Shown in pieces: positions 54,561-64,000 of a DNA stretch of 64,000 nt. Every line of letters begins with the position of its first letter. Position 1 is the first letter of the stretch. Under the pieces are notes generated by a model that was not told the DNA's origin, did not search any database, and worked only from the letters and a program-made list of their open reading frames with translations. The translations under genes and the position numbers were made by a program. The stretch comes from Desulfovibrio sp. (GTDB taxonomy: Bacteria > Desulfobacterota > Desulfovibrionia > Desulfovibrionales > Desulfovibrionaceae): the NCBI GenBank assembly GCA_017415765.1, contig JAFQED010000032.1, positions 4,709-68,708 of the forward strand. The letters are read 5' to 3'.

Positions 54561-55503
54561 GAAAGGTCGGGCCGTGGGTATCAAGCATTGGCTGGCCCTG
54601 CTGTTGTCGTTTGTGGCCGCAGTGTGTATGTGGTATGCCATCAGCGTGCGCGACCAGTTGGAAGCCCAACTGGAAGTGAATATCGACTATCACGGTATCC
54701 CGGCTGGACTGGTGGTCACGGACGGGCTTATCAGCAAAATCACAGTGCGTCTGCGCGGGCCGGTAGCTCTGCTGCGGGCCATACCGCAGCACAGGCTCAA
54801 TGAATCCGTTGATCTCTCCCACATCACCAAGGGCGTCACGGTCGTACCGTTTACAGGAGAAAGTATCGGCCCGGCCCTGCGCGCCTTTGAGGTCGTGGAC
54901 ATCCAGCCCCCACGTCTGGTGGTCAGGGCAGATGCCCTGGTCGAACGCAGCGTCCCCCTGAAGGTAGAGGTTAGGTCTCCCCTGCGCGGTGGTGCGCTTA
55001 AGGTGGAAGACATCAAGGCCAGGCCGGATACGGTTATCCTGCGCGGGCCGGAATCCGTCCTGCTTGGCATAGACAGTCTGCCGGTGGAAATCACGCTGGA
55101 CCCCAAGGCGTCCGACACCAGAGTACAGACCAGTGTGATCCTGGATACGCCCAGTCTGGTCACGGCCAGTCCCACCACCGTACAGGTAGGCTACAGCATC
55201 ACCAGCGGGCGTACCGTTGTTTCACGGCGTTGCCGTGTGGCCTGGGCGGGCAGCAGCGAGGGGCTCAGACTGGAGCCACAGGAAGTACGCATCCTTGTAG
55301 AAGTCCCCGAAGCCCTGGCCAGGAGTGCCGACTATCTGGACAAGCTGAAGGTGCTTGTTACGCCGCCCAGGCTGGAACCGGGGCAGAGCAGGTCTGTGCC
55401 CATTGATTACCGTCTGCCCGATGGGATGAGTCTGCTCCAGCCAGCCCCAACCTCGGTCATGGTCAGCCGTGCGCCCCTGTCGGCACCTGCTGCCGGACAA
55501 TAA
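54547..55503 (+). CDS. cdaR: CdaR/YbbR-domain regulator of CdaA
   Basis: N-terminal TM followed by repeated YbbR-like beta-rich units. Position between cdaA and glmM. Confidence 0.75.
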   Translation: MKIFEKGRAVGIKHWLALLLSFVAAVCMWYAISVRDQLEAQLEVNIDYHGIPAGLVVTDGLISKITVRLRGPVALLRAIPQHRLNESVDLSHITKGVTVVPFTGESIGPALRAFEVVDIQPPRLVVRADALVERSVPLKVEVRSPLRGGALKVEDIKARPDTVILRGPESVLLGIDSLPVEITLDPKASDTRVQTSVILDTPSLVTASPTTVQVGYSITSGRTVVSRRCRVAWAGSSEGLRLEPQEVRILVEVPEALARSADYLDKLKVLVTPPRLEPGQSRSVPIDYRLPDGMSLLQPAPTSVMVSRAPLSAPAAGQ

Positions 55504-55514
55504 GGAGTTGCTTT

Positions 55515-56864
55515 ATGGAACGTCTTTTCGGTACGGATGGTCTGCGTGGCACTGTCAATACCTGGCCCATGACCGTGGATGTGGCCCTGCGGCTGGGCCT
55601 TGCAGCGGGGGTGCGCTTTCGGCGCGGGCCGCATCGTCACAAGGTCGTCATTGGCAAGGATACGCGTCTTTCCGGCTACATGTTCGAGTCTGCTCTCACA
55701 GCTGGCCTGTGTGCCGCCGGTATGCATGTCATCATGACAGGCCCCCTGCCTACGCCGGCCATCTCCTTTTTGACGCGCAGTATGCGGGCCGACCTTGGGG
55801 TTGTCATTTCTGCCTCGCACAATCCCTTTGCCGATAACGGCATCAAGTTTTTTGATGCCGATGGTTACAAGCTGCCTGACCAGACCGAGAATGAAATTGC
55901 CGAGCTTGTGCTGGCGCAGGACACGGTCTGGCCCTATCCAGAAGCCCGCAAGGTGGGCCGGGCCACCAAGATAGAAGACGCTGGCGGTCGCTACATCGTT
56001 TATACCAAGAGCTGTTTTCCCCCGCACCTCACCCTTTCCGGGTTGCGGATCGTGGTGGATTGCGCCAACGGTGCCAGCTACAAGGTGGCCCCTCTTGCCC
56101 TGGAGGAACTGGGGGCCGAGGTCATCCGGCTGGGGACAGAGCCAAATGGCGTCAACATCAATGATCACTGCGGTTCTCTCTATCCCGATGTGGTGGCGGC
56201 CAAGGTGCGTGAAGTACGCGCCGATGTGGGCCTTGCCCTTGATGGGGATGCCGACCGCCTGATCGTGGTGGACGAGCAGGGCAATATCCTGGACGGCGAT
56301 CAGATCATGGCCCTGTGCGCACAAGCCATGATGGCGCGTGGCGAACTGCCCGGCAATATGCTGGTGGCCACGGTCATGAGCAATATGGCTCTGGAGATCT
56401 TCATGCGTGAACACGGCGGTACGCTCCTGCGTACCAATGTGGGAGATCGCTATGTGGTGGAGGCCATGCGGCGCGAAGGGGCCATGCTGGGCGGGGAGCA
56501 GTCCGGTCATTTGATTTTCAGGCAGTACAGCACCACTGGCGATGGTCTGCTGGCGGCCCTGCAACTCTTGCGTGTCATGCGTGAGAAGGAAAAGCCCCTT
56601 TCCGAACTGGCAGGTCTGCTGCGGCCCTTCCCGCAAAAGCTGGTCAATGTACGTGTAGAAAAACGTCTGCCCTTTGAGGAACGCCCGGCCATCGGCCAGG
56701 CTGTTGCCAGGGTGGAACAGGCCCTGGCAGGACGGGGCAGGGTGCTTTTGCGCTACTCCGGCACCGAGGCCCTCTGCCGTGTTATGGTGGAAGGAGAGGA
56801 TGAAGACAAGGTTGCCCGTTATGCCGGGGAACTGGCCGAACTGGTAGCCCACGAATTGCGCTGA
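55515..56864 (+). CDS. glmM: Phosphoglucosamine mutase
   Basis: [25 protein letters not shown] (active-site Ser), DGDADR, GGEQSGH. Confidence 0.95.
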   Translation: MERLFGTDGLRGTVNTWPMTVDVALRLGLAAGVRFRRGPHRHKVVIGKDTRLSGYMFESALTAGLCAAGMHVIMTGPLPTPAISFLTRSMRADLGVVISASHNPFADNGIKFFDADGYKLPDQTENEIAELVLAQDTVWPYPEARKVGRATKIEDAGGRYIVYTKSCFPPHLTLSGLRIVVDCANGASYKVAPLALEELGAEVIRLGTEPNGVNINDHCGSLYPDVVAAKVREVRADVGLALDGDADRLIVVDEQGNILDGDQIMALCAQAMMARGELPGNMLVATVMSNMALEIFMREHGGTLLRTNVGDRYVVEAMRREGAMLGGEQSGHLIFRQYSTTGDGLLAALQLLRVMREKEKPLSELAGLLRPFPQKLVNVRVEKRLPFEERPAIGQAVARVEQALAGRGRVLLRYSGTEALCRVMVEGEDEDKVARYAGELAELVAHELR

Positions 56865-56987
56865 ACCTTGCGGGGTACGAGTTTTCGCTTGCACTTAACC
56901 GATTTTTGAAAGAATATATCGTTGTGGTGTTGCACCGCAAGGTCATCATTGTTTGGGGACATATCAGGCTGCTGCCTGAAAAATAGG

Positions 56988-57130
56988 TTAGAGCGAACTG
57001 CCATTAAAAATGGCAGTAGCTCAGGCGGACGCGAGAGCGGACGCCCGCGCCGTAAGCAAGCGGAAAAACCACGCTTTTTTCCGCGAAGCGTAGGCAGCGT
57101 GACGATTGAAACACAGAGTGTTTCAATCAA
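56988..57130 (+). repeat. Composite three-hairpin intergenic repeat element, copy B
   Basis: TTAGAGCGAACTGCCATTAAAAATGGCAGTAGCTCAGGCGGACGCGAGAGCGGACGCC...GCGGAAAAACCACGCTTTTTTCCGC...GATTGAAACACAGAGTGTTTCAATC. Collinear with 13828-13972. Confidence 0.85.
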
Positions 57131-57190
57131 AAATGCACTCGTGGACCAGCAAGACGTATCCTCGCGATACCAAATCAGCCGGAGGCGCGT

Positions 57191-58063
57191 ATGAAAAACA
57201 TTCGCAAGGTTATTATTCCGGTGGCCGGTTGGGGCACCCGCTCCTTGCCAGCAACCAAGAACATCCCCAAGGAAATGCTGCCCATCTACAACAAGCCTGT
57301 TATCCAGTACGTGGTGGAAGAAGCCCAGCGTGCCAAGATACAGGATGTCATCTTTGTCACCAACCGCGACAAGAGTGTGATTGAAGACCACTTTGACTAC
57401 AACCTTCAGTTGGAAGGTGTGCTGGAGCGCGCCGGCAAGCTGGACAAGCTGGAGGAGATCCGCAAGGTGGCGGAAATGGTCAACATAATGTCCGTGCGCC
57501 AAAAGAAACAGCTTGGCCTTGGTCATGCCGTGCTCTGCGCCAAAGAGCTGGTCAAGGATGAGCCTTTTGCCATCATGGTGGGCGATGACCTCATGTTTGG
57601 CGGCGTTCCTGGCATTGGCCAGCTCATTGAGGTTGCCATTTCCGAAAAGATGCCCGTGGTTGGCGTGATGGAAGTACCGTGGGAAAAGGTCAACAAATAC
57701 GGCATCATTGACGGGGACGAAGTTGCCCCCGGTGTCTTCCGTGTGCGGGACATGGTGGAAAAGCCCCGGCGGGAAGACGCCCCCTCACGCATGGCTATCG
57801 TAGGCCGCTATGTGCTGACGCCGGACATCTTTGACTACCTTGAAAAGGCAAAGCCCGGCCAGGGTGGGGAAATCCAGCTTACAGATGCCATGCAGGCCCT
57901 TGCCAAGGATCGCGGCATGATGGCTGTACGTATGTCCGGTATGCGTTTTGATGCCGGGGACTGGGCTGAATACCTCACAGCCAACATCTATTTTGCCTTG
58001 CAGGAAGAAGACCTGCGCTACGAACTGCTGGGGCTGCTCAAGAATTTTGTGCAATTCCAGTAG
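57191..58063 (+). CDS. galU: UTP--glucose-1-phosphate uridylyltransferase
   Basis: KVIIPVAGWGTRSLPATKNIPKEMLP N-terminus, VGDD, GRYVLTPDIF. Confidence 0.95.
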   Translation: MKNIRKVIIPVAGWGTRSLPATKNIPKEMLPIYNKPVIQYVVEEAQRAKIQDVIFVTNRDKSVIEDHFDYNLQLEGVLERAGKLDKLEEIRKVAEMVNIMSVRQKKQLGLGHAVLCAKELVKDEPFAIMVGDDLMFGGVPGIGQLIEVAISEKMPVVGVMEVPWEKVNKYGIIDGDEVAPGVFRVRDMVEKPRREDAPSRMAIVGRYVLTPDIFDYLEKAKPGQGGEIQLTDAMQALAKDRGMMAVRMSGMRFDAGDWAEYLTANIYFALQEEDLRYELLGLLKNFVQFQ

Positions 58064-58147
58064 CCGCACGTCTTGCCGGTTTTTGCAAAGCCCATTGCGC
58101 CTGTCGCAATGGGCTTTGCCATGCCCGGTACATTCCTGGATCCTGCC

Positions 58148-60511
58148 ATGTTTGCCCACTGTGCCCTGTTAAGTCCACCCTGGACTACCCTCAGCTATAT
58201 CGCGCCGGACTGCTTCCCCAGGACATTCTGGCAGCCGGGGCTGCGGGTGGCCGTCCCCCTGGGCAAGGGGGGGCAAACAGCCCTGCGGGCAGCAGTTGTG
58301 CTGGAATTTACGGACACGCCCCCCCAGCTCCCGCCGGGAGTTGTCTGCCGTGAGTTGGGCTGGCCGCTGGAAGTGGAGCCTCTGCTGACGCCGGAACTCA
58401 CAAACCTGGCCCAAGATCTGGCCAGACGGCAGGGAGTGGAGCCGGGTTATGTTCTTGGGCATGTACTGCCCCAGGGCTTGCGTCAGGCCCGTTTGCGTTT
58501 GCGCCATGTGCAGCGGCACGGGGCCACAGACATCAGTTTACGACAGGCCGCATTGGCAGAACCGGATGAACGTCTGCGGCTGGCACGGGCAGTTTGTGAT
58601 GGCAGTATCTGCCTGTTACCTCCCGGCACGGATGCAGCCAGTGAGGAGCTGTGCCTTTTACAGGCTGACCCGCCGTGGCCGGTGCGGCCCTCGGCCAGCC
58701 GCCAGATTGCCATACTGGAATTTTTGCACGAGCAGGGCAGTGTCAGCCGCAAGCATTTGCTCAAAAGCCTGGGGGCTGCATCTGCACCGGCCCTGCAAAG
58801 TCTGCTCCGCGCCGGACATGTGGCCCTTGTCCGGCCAGAGATGGAAAGCGGGCCGGAACAGGAACTTTTGCCTCCGCCCCCTCTGCCGTTCCAGCTGAGT
58901 GAACAGCAAAACGCCGTCTTGACCGCACTTACGGCACAACTGGATGGAGGCAGGGCGGTCAGTTGCCTTTTGCACGGCGTTACCGGCAGCGGCAAAACGG
59001 CTGTGTATCTGGAATTGGCGCGCACCTGCCTTGCCCGTGGCAAAAGTTTGCTCCTGCTGGCCCCGGAGGTAGCCCTGGCCCACAAGCTGCGGCGTGATGC
59101 GGCCTGTGCCCTGCCGGATGTGCCGCTCTATCTCTATCACGGCTACCAGACGTCCAGTCAGCGGGAGGCCACCTGCCGCGCACTGGCAGCCCGGCGAGAG
59201 CCATGCCTGGTGGTGGGGACGCGCTCGGCCCTGTTTCTGCCCATTCCTGACTTGGGCTGTATCGTTCTGGATGAAGAGCACGACGCCTCCTTCAAGCAGG
59301 ACGATGGCTTCAGTTATCAGGCCAAGGAGGTGGCCTGGTCGCGTATGGCGCATAGTCAAGGGCTGCTCCTGCTGGCTTCGGCCACGCCAGACATCAAAAC
59401 CTTCCACGCCGCCAGTAGTGGCCGTCTGCCCCTGCTGCGTCTGCCGGAACGGATAGGCGGCAAGGCCCTGCCGCCGGTGGAACTGGTGGACATCAGCAAG
59501 CTGCCCGCCGCTGGCAGCGATGGCAACATCCTGGCCTCCACCTGTGAGGCTGCCCTGCGCGAGGTGATCGCGCGGGGGGAGCAAGCCGTGGTTCTGCTCA
59601 ACCGGCGCGGCTATGCCCCACTCATGTACTGCCTTGCCTGCGGCAGCACCCAGCGTTGCCCCCAGTGCGAAATTGGCCTGACCTACCACAAGGGGCGGGA
59701 AAAACTGGTCTGCCACTACTGCGGCCACAGTCGGCCCTTTCCTGCCCCCTGTGACAAATGCAAGGGCATGGACTTCCTGCCGCTGGGCGAGGGGACGGAG
59801 CGTCTGGCCGAGCAGCTTTCTGTGCTGGCCGGGCAGCCTGTACTGCGGCTTGACCGTGACAGCACCCGCCGCCCCGGTCGGATGGAGGAGATCCTGGCAG
59901 CCTTTGCCCGGCAGGAAGTCCCTATCTTGGTGGGGACGCAAATGCTCTCCAAGGGCCATCACTTCCCGCAGGTAACGCTGGCTGTGGTGGCTGATGGTGA
60001 CCTTGGCCTGAACCTGCCGGATTACCGGGCTGCGGAGCGGACTTTTCAGCTTTTGCTCCAGTCGGCCGGGCGGGCCGGACGGGGAGAAAAGGCGGGCAGG
60101 GTGCTGATACAGACGCGGGATGTCAGCCATTATTGCTGGCAGTATGTCCAAAGCGGCGATTATGAGGGCTTTTATGCGGCAGAGCTGGCCCGGCGGCAAA
60201 AGTGGCGGTATCCTCCCTTTGTGCGCCTTGCTCTGATGCGTTTTTCCTTTGCACAGGAAGACGCTGGGGGCATGGCAGCCCTGAATGAACTGGCAGCAGC
60301 CATGCGTGTGCATGCCCGTGAACTGGGGGTGCAGATGCTTGGCCCGGCCCCGGCACCTCTGGCCTTGCTGCGGGGGCGGCGGCGTTATCATTGCCTGCTC
60401 AAGGCGGCAGACTGGCCCCCTTTGCGACAACTCTATTTTTGTGCCAAGGCACACGCTGCTGCACGCCCGCTGCGCCTCTCTCTTGACCTCGACCCCGTCA
60501 GCATGTTATAA
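58148..60511 (+). CDS. priA: Primosomal replication restart helicase PriA
   Basis: GVTGSGKT (Walker A), DEEHD. Cys-rich zinc region CLACGSTQRCPQCEIGLTYHKGREKLVCHYCG. N-terminus MFAHCALLSPPWTTLSYIAP aligns with E. coli [21 protein letters not shown], so ATG 58148 is preferred over TTG 58073. Confidence 0.9.
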   Translation: MFAHCALLSPPWTTLSYIAPDCFPRTFWQPGLRVAVPLGKGGQTALRAAVVLEFTDTPPQLPPGVVCRELGWPLEVEPLLTPELTNLAQDLARRQGVEPGYVLGHVLPQGLRQARLRLRHVQRHGATDISLRQAALAEPDERLRLARAVCDGSICLLPPGTDAASEELCLLQADPPWPVRPSASRQIAILEFLHEQGSVSRKHLLKSLGAASAPALQSLLRAGHVALVRPEMESGPEQELLPPPPLPFQLSEQQNAVLTALTAQLDGGRAVSCLLHGVTGSGKTAVYLELARTCLARGKSLLLLAPEVALAHKLRRDAACALPDVPLYLYHGYQTSSQREATCRALAARREPCLVVGTRSALFLPIPDLGCIVLDEEHDASFKQDDGFSYQAKEVAWSRMAHSQGLLLLASATPDIKTFHAASSGRLPLLRLPERIGGKALPPVELVDISKLPAAGSDGNILASTCEAALREVIARGEQAVVLLNRRGYAPLMYCLACGSTQRCPQCEIGLTYHKGREKLVCHYCGHSRPFPAPCDKCKGMDFLPLGEGTERLAEQLSVLAGQPVLRLDRDSTRRPGRMEEILAAFARQEVPILVGTQMLSKGHHFPQVTLAVVADGDLGLNLPDYRAAERTFQLLLQSAGRAGRGEKAGRVLIQTRDVSHYCWQYVQSGDYEGFYAAELARRQKWRYPPFVRLALMRFSFAQEDAGGMAALNELAAAMRVHARELGVQMLGPAPAPLALLRGRRRYHCLLKAADWPPLRQLYFCAKAHAAARPLRLSLDLDPVSML

Positions 60512-60596
60512 TATTTAACTATACTTTGTTGAAAGTTGTCTCTTTCTGGCAGTCTTTCCTGCCATATCCTTGTGTTTCTTTACATTTGGGGGGATA

Positions 60597-61871
60597 ATGA
60601 AAGTATTTCGCGCGATCATACTGGCCTGTCTGCTGGTTTGCGGCAGTGCCGCTACGGCCCTTGCCGAAGGTTTTGCCCTGTATGAATGGAGTGCCCGTGG
60701 CCTTGGTCTGGCGCAGGGCATGGTGGGGCGCGCAGACGATGCCTCGGCCATTGCCTACAACGGCGCGGGCATAACCCAGTTGCCCGGTACGCATATGATG
60801 GGCGGCCTGGCCTTCATCGCGCCTATGGGGACGCTGGACCTGGAACAGGGCGGCACTTCTCATTCCACCACCACCAAGCCCAGGACGTGGATGGCCCCGC
60901 ACGCCTATGTGACCCATCAGCTCAACGACCAGTTCTGGCTGGGCCTTGGCATGTTCTCCCGCTTTGGCGTGGGCAACAGCTATGATGAGAGCTGGATGGG
61001 CAAGTATAACGTCTATGACGTAGGCTTGCAGACCTTTTCCGTAGTGCCCACTATCGCCTGGAAGATAAACGACGTGGTTTCCGTCTCCGCTGGGCCGGAA
61101 ATCCTGTACGCTGATATTTATATCAAGAATAAGGTTCCTACATTCGTAGGGACAATGCCGCTGATTGATAATGATATGAAGATCCAGGGGGACGGCTGGG
61201 GTATTGGTGCCCACTTTGGCCTGCACCTGCGCTTCAACGAGCAGTGGTCTCTGGGCCTGGCCTACAAGAGCCAGATGACCCTCAATGTCAGTGGCAAGGC
61301 CAAGTTTGGACAGCAAAGTCCCCACAAAATCTCCGGTCTTCCCCCTGCCCAAGACACCGATGTGGAAGCCACAGTACAGCTGCCGGATTCGCTGGCCTTG
61401 GGTATTGCCTACAAGCCGCTGGATAATCTGAGCTTTGAAGTGGGCACCATCTGGACGCGCTGGTCCACCTACAATGCCCTGAACATGTATTTTGACAGCG
61501 GCTATTCCTCCATCAACAACAAGGAATGGCGCGACAACTGGACGTTCAACGCCAGTGTGGAATACAAGCCCCTGGACTGGTGGGCCTTGCGTGCGGGTGT
61601 TTCTCACGAAACTTCCCCCGTCAACGAAGATCACGCAGATTTCTGGATGCCCACCAATGGTCGTACCACATTGCACCTGGGTACGGGCTTCAACTGGAAC
61701 AACTGGACGGTTGACCTTGCCTATGCCCACATCTGGGTCAATTCCATCGGTTATGGGTCTACCGATGCATCGGGTATTGCGTCTGTGCCACCTACTATGC
61801 AGAGAATTACTGGCGAATCCAAGAACGTCCACGCCAATCTGTATATGTTTTCCATTGGCTACAGTTTTTAG
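60597..61871 (+). CDS. OmpP1/FadL-family outer-membrane transporter for hydrophobic compounds
   Basis: Signal peptide MKVFRAIILACLLVCGSAATALA, then EGFALYEWSARGLGLAQG. Alternating beta-strand pattern. C-terminal aromatic ...MFSIGYSF*. Confidence 0.85.
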   Translation: MKVFRAIILACLLVCGSAATALAEGFALYEWSARGLGLAQGMVGRADDASAIAYNGAGITQLPGTHMMGGLAFIAPMGTLDLEQGGTSHSTTTKPRTWMAPHAYVTHQLNDQFWLGLGMFSRFGVGNSYDESWMGKYNVYDVGLQTFSVVPTIAWKINDVVSVSAGPEILYADIYIKNKVPTFVGTMPLIDNDMKIQGDGWGIGAHFGLHLRFNEQWSLGLAYKSQMTLNVSGKAKFGQQSPHKISGLPPAQDTDVEATVQLPDSLALGIAYKPLDNLSFEVGTIWTRWSTYNALNMYFDSGYSSINNKEWRDNWTFNASVEYKPLDWWALRAGVSHETSPVNEDHADFWMPTNGRTTLHLGTGFNWNNWTVDLAYAHIWVNSIGYGSTDASGIASVPPTMQRITGESKNVHANLYMFSIGYSF

Positions 61872-61884
61872 CATACAGCAGGAG

Positions 61885-61908
61885 TCCCGGCAGGGCCGGG
61901 ATTTCCTT
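61885..61908 (+). terminator. Intrinsic terminator after the FadL-like gene
   Basis: TCCCGGC-agg-GCCGGGA followed by TTTCCTTA. Confidence 0.5.
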
Positions 61909-62118
61909 ATAGATAAGCCCTTGAATGAGCCGCCCCTGTGGGTGGCTCATTTCACGCCCTGGCTTCATGTAACTATTCTGTTGCAGCAAACAAAAAGCCT
62001 TGCTTTTTTGCATGATATGGAATAAACAAATTTTTTGCGCGGCGATTTTGCAATGCCCTGATGGCAAGGGCTGGCCGCCCGAAGCAGATATTTCTTTTTT
62101 GCATATACGGAGGACAGT

Positions 62119-62328
62119 ATGAGCAAGGAATGTATTTTTTGCGGCAAAAAGCCCCAGGGCGGTAATCTGGTCAGCCACTCCAACATCAAGACCAAACGCC
62201 GCTTCAACCCCAATTTGCAGCGTGTTCGCCACCAATTCCCTGACGGCAGCGTCCGTACCCTTAATGTGTGTACCCGTTGTCTGCGTTCCGGCGTGGTGAC
62301 CAAGCCTGTGGCCCGCAAGCAGGGCTAA
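62119..62328 (+). CDS. rpmB: 50S ribosomal protein L28
   Basis: [44 protein letters not shown]. Confidence 0.95.
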   Translation: MSKECIFCGKKPQGGNLVSHSNIKTKRRFNPNLQRVRHQFPDGSVRTLNVCTRCLRSGVVTKPVARKQG

Positions 62329-62350
62329 CGGAGTCCACATACAGTTTGCC

Positions 62351-62380
62351 AAGCCCCGACAGTTTCTGCCGGGGCTTTTT
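62351..62380 (+). terminator. Intrinsic terminator after rpmB
   Basis: AAGCCCCG-(11 nt)-CGGGGCTT followed by TTTG. Confidence 0.7.
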
Positions 62381-62384
62381 GTGT

Positions 62385-63416
62385 ATGCCTTCCCCTCCGT
62401 ACAGCCGCAAGGCGGCCCCCCAGATGCGTTCTTTGCCCTTGTATCGGCAACGCAACGAACTACGTCTTTGGCGCAGACCAGCCAGACTGCCCTTTGCCTG
62501 GCGCAACATCAGCGGGCCAGATGGACTGACCGGGTACATCCAATGGCGGGACTGGCGGCTTGTGCTGGATGCCTGCCGTATCCCGTATCAGGCCATCACC
62601 GTGCGAGGCCGCCAGTTTGTGTATGTGCCGCCGCTCTATGAAGCTCTTGCCCTGCACGAAATACACGGCTACGCGGCCGAGGGGGCGCGTACGCTTGAGA
62701 CATCGCAACAGGCCTCGGCTCATCCCCTCGCGCCACTCAGTCTGATTTTTTTGCTCCCCCTGTTACTCTGGCACGGCTTTCGAGTTGGTTGGTGGGTTGC
62801 ACCAGCCTTTTTGCCGCCGGTCAGCCAGTGGCTAGCTGCGGGTTCGCTGGACAGTGTCATGCTCATTGTCCATGCCCAGTACTATCGGCTGCTGACCGCA
62901 CTCACCCTCCATGCGGATGCCAGCCATCTTATGGGGAATCTGGCCTTTGGGGGTCTCTTTCTCTTTTTACTGGCGCGGCTTTGCGGTATTGGGCATGCTC
63001 TACTGCTGGGTATTGTGGGGGGGACTGTGGGCAATGCCCTGAGCCTGCTGATACATAAACTGTCGTTCATGTCGGCTGTGTTCCTGGGGCAGGGGGCTTA
63101 CAGCAGCATGGGTTTTTCCACCGTGCTGTTTGCCCTGATCGGTGCATTGGCCGGGCTTATGTCATGGCAGCAGGACAGAAAGCGGGTACTCTGGCCTGTA
63201 GCCGCAGCGGCAGCCCTTTTATCCATGCTGGGAGCTGGTGATGGTGATACGGACTATGCTGCCCATGTCTGCGGGCTTGTGGCCGGTATCGCGCTGGGGC
63301 TGGGCAAGGGATACTGGTGCAGCAGGCACTGGGCCGAACCGCCACAATGGCTGGCCGGACTGACAGCCCTTGCCCTGCCCACAGGGGCCTGGTGCATGGC
63401 CTTTGCTTCAAGTTAA
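62385..63416 (+). CDS. Rhomboid-family intramembrane serine protease with an N-terminal cytoplasmic extension
   Basis: HADASHLMGNLAFGG (rhomboid HxxxN block), GFSTVLFALIG (GxSxxxF, catalytic Ser), AHVCGLVAGIALG (catalytic His). Start ATG 62385 or 62424. Confidence 0.8.
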   Translation: MPSPPYSRKAAPQMRSLPLYRQRNELRLWRRPARLPFAWRNISGPDGLTGYIQWRDWRLVLDACRIPYQAITVRGRQFVYVPPLYEALALHEIHGYAAEGARTLETSQQASAHPLAPLSLIFLLPLLLWHGFRVGWWVAPAFLPPVSQWLAAGSLDSVMLIVHAQYYRLLTALTLHADASHLMGNLAFGGLFLFLLARLCGIGHALLLGIVGGTVGNALSLLIHKLSFMSAVFLGQGAYSSMGFSTVLFALIGALAGLMSWQQDRKRVLWPVAAAAALLSMLGAGDGDTDYAAHVCGLVAGIALGLGKGYWCSRHWAEPPQWLAGLTALALPTGAWCMAFASS

Positions 63417-63431
63417 AAAATAAGGAAACAA

Positions 63432-63899
63432 ATGCCCCCAGCCTGTATTATCAGTGCCTGTCTGGCCGGTATCCCCTGTCGGTATGATGGCAACAGCAAT
63501 GCCGTCCCTGCTCTGGTACGCCTTGCGGCCACTGGACAGGCTCTGCCCCTCTGCCCGGAAGTACTGGCCGGGCTGCCCATCCCCCGTCCGGCCTGTGAAC
63601 TCTGCGCCGGACGTATCCGCAGCCGTGAGGGCAGCGATCTTACAGAGCAGTTTCGTCACGGTGCAGAACAGGCACTTGCCCTGGCATTGCAGCAGCCCTG
63701 CCGGACGGCCATCCTTAAAAGCCGTTCTCCCTCCTGTGGCTTTGGGCAAATCTATGACGGCAGTTTCAGCCATCGGCTGTGCCCTGGTGATGGATTGTGG
63801 GCTGCCCTGTTACGCAGGGCCGGATTTCAGCTTTTTTCCGAGGAAGATCTGCCGCCAGACCTGTATACTATGATGGACAGCAGTGGGGGAGAGCGTTGA
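63432..63899 (+). CDS. DUF523 (YbbK-like) domain protein
   Basis: ISACLAGIPCRYDG...CPEVLAGLPIPRP...KSRSPSCG blocks characteristic of DUF523. Confidence 0.8.
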   Translation: MPPACIISACLAGIPCRYDGNSNAVPALVRLAATGQALPLCPEVLAGLPIPRPACELCAGRIRSREGSDLTEQFRHGAEQALALALQQPCRTAILKSRSPSCGFGQIYDGSFSHRLCPGDGLWAALLRRAGFQLFSEEDLPPDLYTMMDSSGGER

Positions 63900-64000
63900 T
63901 GCCTGTGCTGGCCGTGGGTCTGCTACGCTGACCCTGCATGACAGGGATGGATTTTATACGCACACAGGCGGAAATCTATTGACCTGCATGGAAAAAGAGA

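Noticed and set aside
1-64000. Search for rRNA, tRNA, tmRNA, CRISPR arrays, riboswitches (B12 box near cobT, c-di-AMP/ydaO-type near cdaA) and toxin-antitoxin or defence gene pairs
   Set aside because: I saw no tRNA-like T-arm/acceptor patterns, no regularly spaced direct repeats, no GCCACTG-type B12 box in the 133-nt cobT upstream region, and no recognisable defence or TA genes. By-eye scanning cannot exclude small or divergent RNAs. An Infernal/Rfam and tRNAscan run would settle it.

Overview
This is a high-GC chromosomal window, about 60% GC in the lines I counted. Gene content and order look like a Desulfovibrio-type deltaproteobacterium; that assignment is an inference. Most of the window is conserved housekeeping.

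Main content:
- A complete dcw cell-wall/division cluster at 18.2-35.5 kb: mraZ-rsmH-ftsL-ftsI-murE-murF-mraY-murD-ftsW-murG-murC-murB-ftsQ-ftsA-ftsZ.
- An ftsH-folP-cdaA-cdaR-glmM-galU-priA block at 50.9-60.5 kb.
- Also pyk, an HD-GYP protein, trpB, cobT, degP/htrA, a ferredoxin operon, hslU, a TelA/XpaC-like pair, nhaC, a large fused radical-SAM protein, an EF-G paralogue, a FadL-type porin, rpmB and a rhomboid protease.
- I found no rRNA, tRNA or CRISPR array.

Observations beyond routine annotation:
1. An AT-rich foreign block of about 2.1 kb (1611-3728). It holds an ISAs1-type transposase remnant and one intact 483-codon gene that fuses an unrecognised N-terminal domain to a CitC-like adenylyltransferase domain.
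2. An unannotated 29-codon leader ORF with three consecutive Trp codons, its own promoter and an intrinsic terminator, directly upstream of a stand-alone trpB. This is a candidate Trp attenuator.
3. A structured intergenic repeat family of three hairpins (about 145 nt, two full copies and two solo hairpin modules) with compensatory base changes between copies.
4. An EF-G paralogue whose switch-II catalytic His and switch-I Thr are both replaced.
5. GTGGG direct repeats at 10-bp spacing in front of mraZ.
6. A TIGR03960/TIGR03936-type radical-SAM fusion of unknown function, flanked by small uncharacterised ORFs.

CDS start sites were refined by eye from SD motifs and N-terminal homology, so they are less certain than the stops. 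Many long ORFs in the supplied track are antisense shadow ORFs typical of GC-rich DNA, and I rejected them.
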